Source: an uncultured Sandaracinus sp. (lineage in GTDB: Bacteria; Myxococcota_A; Polyangia; Polyangiales; Houyiibacteriaceae). Taken from it: a stretch of DNA of 64,000 nucleotides. Shown here piece after piece: positions 25,678 to 34,300 of this stretch. Each line of letters starts with the position of its first letter. Position 1 is the first letter of the stretch. Location: positions 2,667-66,666 of the forward strand of contig CALJLK010000407.1 in the NCBI GenBank assembly GCA_937982655.1, in the 5' to 3' direction. The notes below the pieces were generated by a model, which was not told where the DNA came from, ran no database searches, and was given only the letters and a program-made list of their open reading frames with translations. Position numbers and translations under genes: made by a program.

Positions 25678-26432
25678 TCCCGCTCGCGGAGCACGAGCGC
25701 CTCGCGGCGGCGGTGTGTTTCTCGCGTGAGCTCGACGACGTCGTCGTGGCCACGCTCGCGGGCGGCGATGCGCTCGCGGACGAACGTTGGCGTGTGTACC
25801 GCGAGATGATCCGCTCACGCTTCCGCAAGGTCGTGCAGGCCGCGCTGCCTCGCACCACCCACGTGCTCGGCGATCGCTTCGAGGCGCGCTTCGCCGCGTG
25901 GCTCGACGAAGCGCCGCCCGACACCCGCTTCTTCCGTGAGGTCCCGGTCGGCTTCGCGCACCACGTGGAGGCGTGGCTCGCCTCGCCCGGAGCGGCCGAT
26001 CTCCCGGCGTTCACGGCCGACATCGCGCGCTACGAGATCGCGCGATGGCGCGTGCTCGCGGCACCCGACGACGAGCCCGCGCAGGAGCTCTCCTTCGAGC
26101 GCCCGCCGCAGTTGACCCGCTCGCTCGCGCTGCTCGACGTGACCCACGCGGTGCACGCGAAGAAGAAGGGGCCTCCGAAGGCCGGCGTCGCACACCTCGC
26201 GATCTACCGCGCGCCGAAGGACGACGCGTTCGAGGCGGTCACGCTCGAGCTGAACGAGCTCGCGCGCGATCTGCTCCGCGCGTGGTCGGACCCGAGCGAG
26301 ACCCCACTCGCCGCGCGGGTGCAGGCGGTCACGCAGGCCCGCGGGACCGCGATCGACGAACGTTTCCTCGAAGGCCTCGGGACGCTGCTCGAAGATCTGC
26401 TGCGACGCGGCGTCGTGCTCGGCTCGCGCTGA
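25674..26432 (+). CDS. DUF2063-type partner protein (BufC/HvfC-like putative peptide-binding subunit)
   Basis: In-frame GTG 25674 inside track ORF 25326..26432+, overlapping the MNIO stop (GTGA). WRVYREMIRSRFRKVVQAALPRT...FFREVPVGFAHHVE resembles DUF2063 N-terminal domains. GC3 is high only from about 25674 onward. Confidence 0.8.
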   Translation: MIPLAEHERLAAAVCFSRELDDVVVATLAGGDALADERWRVYREMIRSRFRKVVQAALPRTTHVLGDRFEARFAAWLDEAPPDTRFFREVPVGFAHHVEAWLASPGAADLPAFTADIARYEIARWRVLAAPDDEPAQELSFERPPQLTRSLALLDVTHAVHAKKKGPPKAGVAHLAIYRAPKDDAFEAVTLELNELARDLLRAWSDPSETPLAARVQAVTQARGTAIDERFLEGLGTLLEDLLRRGVVLGSR

Positions 26433-26658
26433 GCGCTCGTGTGGAGGTCGTGAGCGTGCGCTCGCCACGGGCATGCACGTGCGGTCGTCGTCGTGAAGGT
26501 GAACGCGAATCGAGCCGCTCGACGTCGCGTTCGACATGGCCCGCGCGTCGATGCGACCCTCGACACCTCGGCTCGTGGCTCTAGAGCCCGAGCTTCGACT
26601 GCGACGACGCGCGGAACCACGGCCTCGCTTCGGCGTCGGACGCAGTGTTCTCGAAAGG

Positions 26659-26850
26659 ATGACGATGACTCTGCGCCTCTTCCTCGCTCTGGCCTCTCTC
26701 TCCCTCGTCGCGTGCGGCGGCGGCGAAGAGACGACCTCGACCACCGCGACCGACGAGACCTACACGACGTCGGGCGACGAAGCCGAAGCCGCCGAGGACG
26801 ATCCGCCGGAGCCGGACTACGACGATCCGGACATGGCCGACGGGATGTGA
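26659..26850 (+). CDS. 63-aa hyper-acidic small lipoprotein (candidate MNIO substrate)
   Basis: Track ORF 26536..26850 trimmed to ATG 26659, where GC3 bias begins. MTMTLRLFLALASLSLVACGGG (lipobox), then EETTSTTATDETYTTSGDEAEAAEDDPPEPDYDDPDMADGM. There is no Cys after the lipobox Cys. Confidence 0.6.
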   Translation: MTMTLRLFLALASLSLVACGGGEETTSTTATDETYTTSGDEAEAAEDDPPEPDYDDPDMADGM

Positions 26851-26866
26851 GGCCGACGGGATGTGA
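26835..26866. repeat. perfect 16-bp tandem duplication spanning a stop codon
   Basis: GGCCGACGGGATGTGA occurs at 26835-26850 and again at 26851-26866. A degenerate third copy GGACGGACGCGATGGGTGA lies at 26867-26885. The first copy encodes the last residues ADGM plus the stop of the 63-aa ORF. Confidence 0.9.
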
Positions 26867-27015
26867 GGACGGACGCGATGGGTGAGACGCCTCGATCCTT
26901 CTCATCCTCGCTTCCGCCGACGCCTTCCGACGCGGGCGCATCGTGCGATCGACGACGTCCCGACATCGGTGCGCTCGAAGAACGGCACGAGGACGCGTGA
27001 GCAGGCGTCGCCTGC

Positions 27016-27594
27016 GTGCGACGATGCGGCGTGAGCGTCTGGTACTTCGCGTATGGCGCGAACATGGCGACCGACGTGATCGTGGGTCGGCGTGGGTTGA
27101 AGGTGCTCGAGAGCCGCGCGGGTCGCGCGGTGGGTTGGCGCGTGGGGTTCGTCGAGCGCGGGCTACCGCTCGTGGAGCCTGCCTTCGCGGGGCTCGTGTC
27201 CGACGAGGTGATGGAGGCGCGGACCGACGAGGCACGCGAAGCGCTCGAACGCACGACCACCGACGCGTGGGGCGTGCTGCACCGCGTGTCGGAGAGTGAT
27301 CTGCGTCGGCTCGATCGTTTCGAAGGCCCGGGCTACCTGCGGCGCGCGGTCGCGGTGCGCGACCGTGAAGGTCACGAGGTGGAGGCGCAGGCCTACACGT
27401 CGCCACGACCGATCGCGGGTCGCGCGCCTTCGCGGCGCTACCGCGATCTGCTGCTCCACGGCGCGCACGAGCACGCGCTGCCGGCGTCGCACCTCGCATG
27501 GCTGAACGGACATCCGACGAGGTACGTGCCGGGGCTCGCAGAGACGCTGGAGCTCGTGGTGCTGGCGGCGGAGCGGCTGCGACGTCGGCGTTGA
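27016..27594 (+). CDS. gamma-glutamylcyclotransferase (GGCT/AIG2-like) fold protein
   Basis: Track ORF of 192 aa. WYFAYGANM is the hallmark YGSNM-type N-terminal motif, followed by FEGPGYLRR. The start is GTG 27016 or GTG 27031. Confidence 0.75.
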   Translation: MRRCGVSVWYFAYGANMATDVIVGRRGLKVLESRAGRAVGWRVGFVERGLPLVEPAFAGLVSDEVMEARTDEAREALERTTTDAWGVLHRVSESDLRRLDRFEGPGYLRRAVAVRDREGHEVEAQAYTSPRPIAGRAPSRRYRDLLLHGAHEHALPASHLAWLNGHPTRYVPGLAETLELVVLAAERLRRRR

Positions 27595-27814
27595 GCGGTG
27601 GTCGCTCGTCCGCTCCGGCGGCAACGGATCGGACGTTCTGCCGATCCACGCGAGTCCACGCGAACGCGAACGACGCGCTGCGTTGGCGCGGCGCGTCGTT
27701 CGGAACCAGGGCGATGGATGCGTGCGGGGCTTCGCACTTCGCATCGCGCGGCGCGTAGCGCCCTACGCGGTGGGGCGCTTCGTCACGCGGGTCGCGAGCC
27801 CGAGGACGACGTGC

Positions 27815-28009
27815 TCAAGCGAGGCGGCGGCCCCAGCACTCGACCTCGATGTCGATGCGGGCGTTCGGGAGCTCGCGGGCGGTGAGGCCGACGTCGAGGT
27901 CGTCTTCGTCGAGCGAATCGGCCCACATGGCGGGGAGGTGGGAAAGGCGGTCGAGGCCTTCGAAGATGTGCTGCTCGTGGTCTTCGACGGTGGTGATGGC
28001 GTAGGACAT
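27815..28009 (-). CDS. 64-aa acidic hypothetical peptide with single C-proximal Cys
   Basis: Last 64 aa of track ORF 27815..28231-. ATG 28009 is preceded by GGGGGA about 8 nt upstream. GC3 is near 90 percent, versus a mixed GC3 in the antisense ORF 27683..28027+. Sequence: MSYAITTVEDHEQHIFEGLDRLSHLPAMWADSLDEDDLDVGLTARELPNARIDIEVECWGRRLA. Confidence 0.5.
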   Translation of the reverse strand: MSYAITTVEDHEQHIFEGLDRLSHLPAMWADSLDEDDLDVGLTARELPNARIDIEVECWGRRLA

Positions 28010-28256
28010 GGCGGTCGTTCCCCCTGAGAGAGTCGGCCCGCGAAGGGCCGTGCCCGTCGACAAGGCAGGAGCCAGGCCAACCGGGCGCGCTGACGCGGCG
28101 CGTCGGTGAGCGGACGCACGCAAACGCTGCGCGGCGGCGCGGGAGCTGCGCGGGCGACTGGGTCGATCACCGGCGATTTGCGCGAAGGTGCGACCGCCGT
28201 CGCGCGGATCGTTCGTGCGATGCGTCGGCACGCGGCTCGCTTAGGGGCCCGTCGAC

Positions 28257-28931
28257 ATGGTCGTCGGAGCCATCCTCGCTGGCGCATTCGCCGGCCTCGC
28301 GAGCCTCCCACATTGCGCGGGGATGTGCGGCCCGCTCGCGGCCTTCGCGGGGCGCGACCGACGATCGACGGGCCTCTACCTCGCGGGGCGCTTCGTCAGC
28401 TACGTCGCGCTCGGCGCGCTCGCGGGCGCGTTCGGCGCGACGATGGTGGGCTGGATGGAGCGGCCGCTCGCGCAGGCGCTCCTGAGCTGGACGCTCGGGG
28501 CGGGGCTCGCGCTCACCGCGTGGCGCTTGTGGCGCGGCGGCGCGTCGCGGCCGGCGAAGCTGGTGACGCTGCGGACGAAAGACGAAGCGCGCCGCGCGAC
28601 GCTGCGGGCGCCGCTGCTCGGGTTGATGACGGGCTTTCTTCCGTGCGGCGCGCTCGCGGCGGCGCTTTTGCTCGCAGCAGGCTCCGGCGACGCGCTCACG
28701 GGCGGGCTCACGCTCCTCTCGTTCGCGAGCGCGAGCGCGCCAGCGCTGCTCGGAGCGGGCGTGGCGGCGAGCTACCTGCGTCGCGCGGGCGAGACGCCGC
28801 GCAAGCTGCTCTCGGTCGCGCTCGCGCTCGGCGCGATCGTGCTCTTGCTGCGGCCGATCGACGCGCTGCGCGGCGAGCCGGCGGAGTGTCACGGCGCGCG
28901 GGTCGTCGTGGGAGTGGAGGCTCGGTCGTGA
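28257..28931 (+). CDS. DsbD_2 / TauE-SafE-like membrane protein (HCxxMCGP motif)
   Basis: Track ORF of 224 aa and polytopic. Contains ASLPHCAGMCGPL and a second LPCGAL motif. The stop overlaps the ATPase start (GTGA 28928-28931). In my recollection this family commonly accompanies CcoI/FixI-type ATPases. Confidence 0.75.
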   Translation: MVVGAILAGAFAGLASLPHCAGMCGPLAAFAGRDRRSTGLYLAGRFVSYVALGALAGAFGATMVGWMERPLAQALLSWTLGAGLALTAWRLWRGGASRPAKLVTLRTKDEARRATLRAPLLGLMTGFLPCGALAAALLLAAGSGDALTGGLTLLSFASASAPALLGAGVAASYLRRAGETPRKLLSVALALGAIVLLLRPIDALRGEPAECHGARVVVGVEARS

Positions 28932-31327
28932 GCGAAGAGAGATCGCGCGGAGCCGTATCGGCGGAGTCGTCGCCGCGCACGTGTCTGCACTGCGGGCTGC
29001 CCGTGCCCTCCGAGAACAGCGCGTGGACGCGCGAAGGCTTCTGCTGTCCGGGCTGCCGCAGCGTGTACGGCATCCTGCGCGCGGGCGGGCTCGAGAAGTA
29101 CTACGCGCTGCGCGACGGAGTCGGCGTGCCGGTGGGCGCGGTCGGCGAGCGCGGCGACGCGGAGCGCGATTGGCTCGACGCGGCGAAGGGCAAGCCGCAC
29201 CTCGACCTCGACGTCCAGGGCATGCACTGCGCGGGCTGCGTGTGGGTGATCGAAGAGCTCTTCGAGCGCCGCGGGCCGGGCAAGATCGAGCTCGATCCGA
29301 CGCTCGGGCGCGCGTCGATGTTGCTGCCGGAGGGCTTCGATCTCGAAGGCTTCGTCAGCGACGTCGAATCGCTCGGGTACCAACTCGCGCCCGCGTCGAA
29401 CGATCCAGATCACACGACCGCCGCGAGCGATGCGTTGCTCTTGCGCGTCGGCATCTGCATGGCGCTCGCCGGCAACGGCATGCTCTTCGCGGCCGCGAGC
29501 TACTTCGGCCTCGACGTGAGCGACGGCGCCATCTACCGGCTGCTCACGCGGCTCGCGTTCGCGGCCGCCGCGCTCGCGGTGTTGGTGGGCGGCAGCGTGT
29601 TCGTGAAGGCCGCGTGGCAAGGTCTGCGACGCGGCGTGGTGCACCTCGATCTGCCGATCGCGCTCGGTGTGATCGCGAGCTTCGCGGGCGCGACGTGGAG
29701 CTTCGTGCGCGACGGCGAGGCGCGCTTCGCGGACACCGTCACCGTCTTCATCGCGCTGATGCTGCTCGGGCGGTGGGTGCAGGAGCGAATGCTCGAGCGC
29801 AACCGACGTCAGCTCCTCGCGGACCACGGCGGTGAGGCGCTGCGCACGCGCCGGGTCGACGAGGACGGCGTGCGGCTCGTGCGCGCGACGGAGGTGAAGG
29901 AAGGCGACGTGCTCCAGCTCGGCGCGGGCGATCTCGTGCCGGTGCAGAGCGCGCTGCTGGAGAGCGCGTCGACGTTCTCGCTCGATTGGATCGACGGAGA
30001 GAGCGCGCCGCGCACGTTCGAGGTCGACGCGATCGTGCCGGCGGGCGCGTTCCACGTGGGGCGCGGGACGCGGCGGGTGCGCGCGACCGAGAGCTTCGAG
30101 ACCTCGGCGGTGAAGCGGCTCCTGCAGCGCACGCGATCGCTCACCAGCGATCCGGGCGCGTGGTGGCAGCACGTCGCGCGTTGGTACGTGCTCGGCGTGA
30201 TCGGGGTCGCGGTCGGCGCGTTCGCGACGTGGTGGTCGCTCGAAGGGATCGAGCGCGCGATCGAGGTCGCGACCGCGGTGCTCGTGGTGACCTGTCCGTG
30301 CGCGTTCGGCATCGCGACGCCGCTCGCGTACGAGCTCGCGCACGCGCGGCTTCGTCGGCGCGGGCTCTTCGTGCGCACGCGCGCCTTCCTCGACCGCGCG
30401 CGCGAGGTCACGCGGATCGTCTTCGACAAGACGGGCACGCTGACGACTGGGCGGCTCGCGCTCGTGAACGAGGACGCGCTCGACGCGCTCTCGGCCGAAG
30501 AGCGCGAGGTGCTCGCGAGCCTGGCCGCGGCGAGCACGCACCCGAAGAGCGCGGCGGTGATGCGCGCGCTCGAAGCCCGGGGCGTGGTGGGCGCACCGCG
30601 CGACGTGGTGGAGACGACGGGGCGTGGGGTGTCGGTGCGCGTCGGCGACGTCGAACATCGGCTCGGCGCGCCGGGTTGGGCGGGCGAAGGCACGGGCGAT
30701 CTGGTCTACGGGGTCGGCGACGTGACCCGCGCGGATCTGCGGACCGAAGAGCGCCTCCGCCCCGACGCCGCGCGGGAGCTGCGCGCGCTCGGAGACGCCG
30801 GCTACTCGACGTGGATCCTGAGCGGCGACGATCCGGTGCGCGTGAAGACGCTCGCGCGCGAGGTGGGCATCCCGGAGGAGCGCGCGCTCGGCGGGCACGA
30901 TCCGGAGGCGAAGGCGGCCTTCGTGGCCGCACACGATCCCGCGCACACGATGATGATCGGCGATGGCCTCAACGACAGCCTCGCGGTCACGACGGCCGCC
31001 TGCGCAGGCACGCCCGCGATCGATCGCCCGTTCCTCGCGTCGCGCTCGGACTTCTACTTCACGACCCCGGGCCTCGGTCCGATCCTCGACGCGCTCGCGA
31101 CCGCGAGTGAGCTCGGCCGCGTGGTGCGCGCGCTGCTGGCTTTCGCGGTCGCCTACAACGTGCTCGCGGTGGCGATCGCGTGGGCGGGCTGGATGGAGCC
31201 CTGGCTCGCCGCGCTGCTCATGCCGGCGTCGTCGCTCGCGAGCCTCGCGTACACGCTCACGGCGCTGGGCCCGAAGACGAGCCCGAAGCGCGAGCGGGTG
31301 CGCGCGCTGCGGACCGTCGAGGCCTGA
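28928..31327 (+). CDS. copper-translocating P1B-type ATPase (CcoI/FixI-like)
   Basis: In-frame GTG 28928 within track ORF 28106..31327+. N-terminal CLHCGLPVP...GFCCPGCRSVY metal-binding module. Contains TCPCAFGIATP (CPC), FDKTGTLT, ASTHPKS (HP motif) and MIGDGLNDS. Confidence 0.9.
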   Translation: MSEERSRGAVSAESSPRTCLHCGLPVPSENSAWTREGFCCPGCRSVYGILRAGGLEKYYALRDGVGVPVGAVGERGDAERDWLDAAKGKPHLDLDVQGMHCAGCVWVIEELFERRGPGKIELDPTLGRASMLLPEGFDLEGFVSDVESLGYQLAPASNDPDHTTAASDALLLRVGICMALAGNGMLFAAASYFGLDVSDGAIYRLLTRLAFAAAALAVLVGGSVFVKAAWQGLRRGVVHLDLPIALGVIASFAGATWSFVRDGEARFADTVTVFIALMLLGRWVQERMLERNRRQLLADHGGEALRTRRVDEDGVRLVRATEVKEGDVLQLGAGDLVPVQSALLESASTFSLDWIDGESAPRTFEVDAIVPAGAFHVGRGTRRVRATESFETSAVKRLLQRTRSLTSDPGAWWQHVARWYVLGVIGVAVGAFATWWSLEGIERAIEVATAVLVVTCPCAFGIATPLAYELAHARLRRRGLFVRTRAFLDRAREVTRIVFDKTGTLTTGRLALVNEDALDALSAEEREVLASLAAASTHPKSAAVMRALEARGVVGAPRDVVETTGRGVSVRVGDVEHRLGAPGWAGEGTGDLVYGVGDVTRADLRTEERLRPDAARELRALGDAGYSTWILSGDDPVRVKTLAREVGIPEERALGGHDPEAKAAFVAAHDPAHTMMIGDGLNDSLAVTTAACAGTPAIDRPFLASRSDFYFTTPGLGPILDALATASELGRVVRALLAFAVAYNVLAVAIAWAGWMEPWLAALLMPASSLASLAYTLTALGPKTSPKRERVRALRTVEA

Positions 31328-31330
31328 AGC

Positions 31331-34300
31331 TCAATCGCGCAACAGGCGCTCCAACGTCTCCAGATCCACTCGCACGTCCGCGTCGTCCGCGTCCGCGAGC
31401 AATCCCTCCGCGAGGCTGCGTTTCTGATCGTGGATCGCGAGGATCTTCTCCTCGACGCTTCCCTGCAGCACCAGGCGGTACACCGTGACGGGGCGCGTCT
31501 GGCCGATGCGGTGCGCGCGATCGCTCGCTTGGTCCTCCGCGGCGGGGTTCCACCAGGGATCGAGGTGCACCACGTAGTCGGCCGCGGTGAGGTTCAGGCC
31601 GGTGCCGCCCGCCTTGAGGCTGATGAGGAAGAGATCCCCCTCGCCGTCTTGGAACGACGCGACCTCACGCTCGCGCTGCTTCGGGGAGGTGCTTCCGTCG
31701 AGGTAGCGGTAGGGGATCCCGCGCGCGTCGAGGTCGCGGCGCACGAGCGCGAGCAGGTCCACGAACTGGCTGAACACCAGCGCGCGGTGGCCGCCGTCGC
31801 GGAGCTCGTCCACGAGCTGCATGAACGCTTCGAGCTTCGCGCTCGGCACCTTCGTGCGCGGCGAGACGAGCTCGGGCGCGCAGCACGCGCGGCGCTGGCG
31901 CATGAGCGCGGCCAGCAGCGCGAAGCGGTGGTCCTTGGCGTCGGCGAGAGTGCGCAGATCCTTGCGACGCAGCGCCTCGAGGAACGCGAGCTGGGCGTCC
32001 GAAGGCTCGACGTGGAGCACGAGCTCGGTGCGCGGAGGAAGCTCGCGAAGCACGGTGCGCTTCTCGCGCCGAAGCACGAAGGGGCGCACGCGTTCGCGCA
32101 GGCGCCGCCCGGGGTTTCCGGGTTGGAACGCGTGACCCTCCACGTCCGCCACGGGCTTGATGAAGTTTCCTTGAAAACTTCGTTTGGTACCGAGGAGTCC
32201 GGGCACCAAGAATCGAAACAGACTCCAGAGCTCGCCGAGGTGGTTCTCGATCGGAGTGCCGGAGAGCGCGACGCGGGCGTCGGCGCGGAGGCGATGGGCC
32301 GCGCGCGCGGTCTGGGTCGTCGCGTTCTTGATCGCTTGGGCTTCGTCGAGGACCGCGGTCGTCCAGGCGCGCGACGCGAAGAGCTCACCGCGGGTCGGCA
32401 ACATGCCGTAGCTCGTGAGCACCACGTCGAAAGGGCCCGCGTCGCGCACGATCGTTTCGGCGTCCTCACTCGCGATCCCGGCCCCGAGCACGTGCACGCG
32501 CAGCGAAGGCGCGAAGCGCGCGGCCTCGTCGCGCCAGCCCGCGAGCACGCTGGTGGGCGCGATCACGAGGGCCGCACCGTCGCGCGCCCGATCGAGCAAG
32601 AGCGCGAGCGTCTGCACGGTCTTGCCGAGGCCCATGTCGTCCGCGAGGCAGGCCCGGAGGCCCGCGCGGCACAGGCGCGCCATCCAGCGGAATCCTTCGA
32701 CCTGGTAGGGGCGAAGCTCCGCGTCGAGGGTGCGCGGCACCGGGATGTCCGCGTGCATCGCCTCGCGCAAGCGCTCGCGCTCGACCTCCACGCCGCGCAG
32801 CTCGAGCTCGGGGTCGTCGAGGAGCGCGACGAGCGGATGCAGCGCGCCCTCGTCGGTGAAGGCTTCGAGGCGCTCCAGCGCGCGTTGCAGCGACGCGGTG
32901 AGCTCGAGATAACGATCGTCGTCGAGGCGCACGAAGCGACGCTCGCGGCGCACCGCGTCGAGCAAGGCCTCGTAGGTCGCCACGAGCTGTCCGTCGAGCT
33001 CGAGACCGCCGCTCGGCTCCAGCCAATCGTCGCGTCGCGCGACGCGTACCGCCAGCGTGCCGGTCGCGGGCTCCACGCGGAGCGGCGCACCTTCGCGCCA
33101 CTCGACGTGGGCGTTCGCCGCGCGCAGCTCCGCGAGCAGATCGAGCGTCGTGTCGAGCGAGCACGCGCCGTGATCGCGTCGACCGAGCGTCGGGCACGCG
33201 TCGAAGAGCACCGCGCGCGCGAGCACCTCCGCGCGGCGATCGCGTTTCGCTCGGCGGCCCTTGGCGATCACGGTGTCGTGCCCTTCGCCGGGGCGGAGCG
33301 CGGGACCGTCCGGACCGAGCGGGGAGACGACGAGCTCGAAGCCGACCACGCCCGCGTCGCGGTGCAGACGCACGCGCACCGTCGAGTCCGCGCGCACGTC
33401 GTCGAGGGTGTCGATCGCGAGATCCGCGGTGGCGTCGACGGTGAAGAGCGGTGAGAGCGCGGCGACCAGCTTCTCGAGCTCGTCGCGGGCTTCGAGCGGC
33501 AGCTCGAACGCGCCGTCGAGCGCACGCGCAGCTTCGGCCTGGCGCGCGTCGAGCACCACCGCTTCGAGGTGGGTGCCGCGATCGACCAGACCGGTGGAGC
33601 GTGGCTGCACCGCGAGCGTGAAGGCCTCGGCGTCTTCGGTGATCGCGAGCCGCGCGGCGCCGCGACGCACCGGGATCGGCGACGGGTTCGGCGACGGGTC
33701 GTCGCGGCGCGTGACGCGGGGATGACCGACCAGCGCTTCGACGAAGAGCGCGTCGTGCAGGAAGATCCCGTCGCGCGTCACGTAGCGGAAGCCTCCGCGC
33801 GCGTGTTGGCCGAGCGCCTGGAAGAGACGGCGGTCCTCGTCGGGCACGCCGGTGCCGATCGGGCGACGGATCATGCGCGCGAGCTCGACGACCTTGCCCC
33901 GCGACCAGCCGTTCTTGCTCACGCGTTGCTCGCGCACCGTGAGCCCGTCGATCCGATCGTCGCGGAGCTCGAGGGCCCAGAGGTAGCGCACTTGAACCGG
34001 CGCCGGCGCGGCGACCTCGAGCGCAGCCTGTACGCGCCTCAACGTACGACGCCACGGCGGCTCGACATCGAGGAGCGCGAGCAGGGTGCTGCGCGCCGCG
34101 CGCGAGCCCTGCAGCAGATCCCGCAGCTCGGTGGCCTCGTGCGCGAGCCAGGGCACGTGGACGAGCTCGTCGAGCCGACGGGTGAGCGGATCGGCCGCGC
34201 GGCGCCGTCGATCGAGATCCGACACGAACGCCGCGTGCACGAGCGCGTACGCGAAGGTGCACCAGAAGCCTTCGTCGCGGGCGATCCAGGCCTCGATCGA

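Noticed and set aside
26441-26584. A 47-codon GTG-initiated ORF with three Cys (VEVVSVRSPRACTCGRRREG...RRCDPRHLGSWL) just after the DUF2063 gene, considered as a possible MNIO precursor.
   Set aside because: Third-position GC is mixed (many T/A). It is very Arg-rich and has no RBS. It is simply the tail of a shadow frame (track ORF 25973..26584). I cannot exclude it without comparative data, so it is worth including in any HMM or MS screen.
26536-26658. A 41-aa N-terminal extension of the mini-lipoprotein (track start 26536), which would act as a leader peptide.
   Set aside because: Codon bias is poor before 26659. The signal peptide with lipobox only makes sense at the N-terminus.
28889-30946. 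A 685-aa minus-strand ORF and other ORFs overlapping the Cu-ATPase.
   Set aside because: It is antisense to a gene with CPC, DKTGT, HP and GDGLND motifs, and it has shadow composition.
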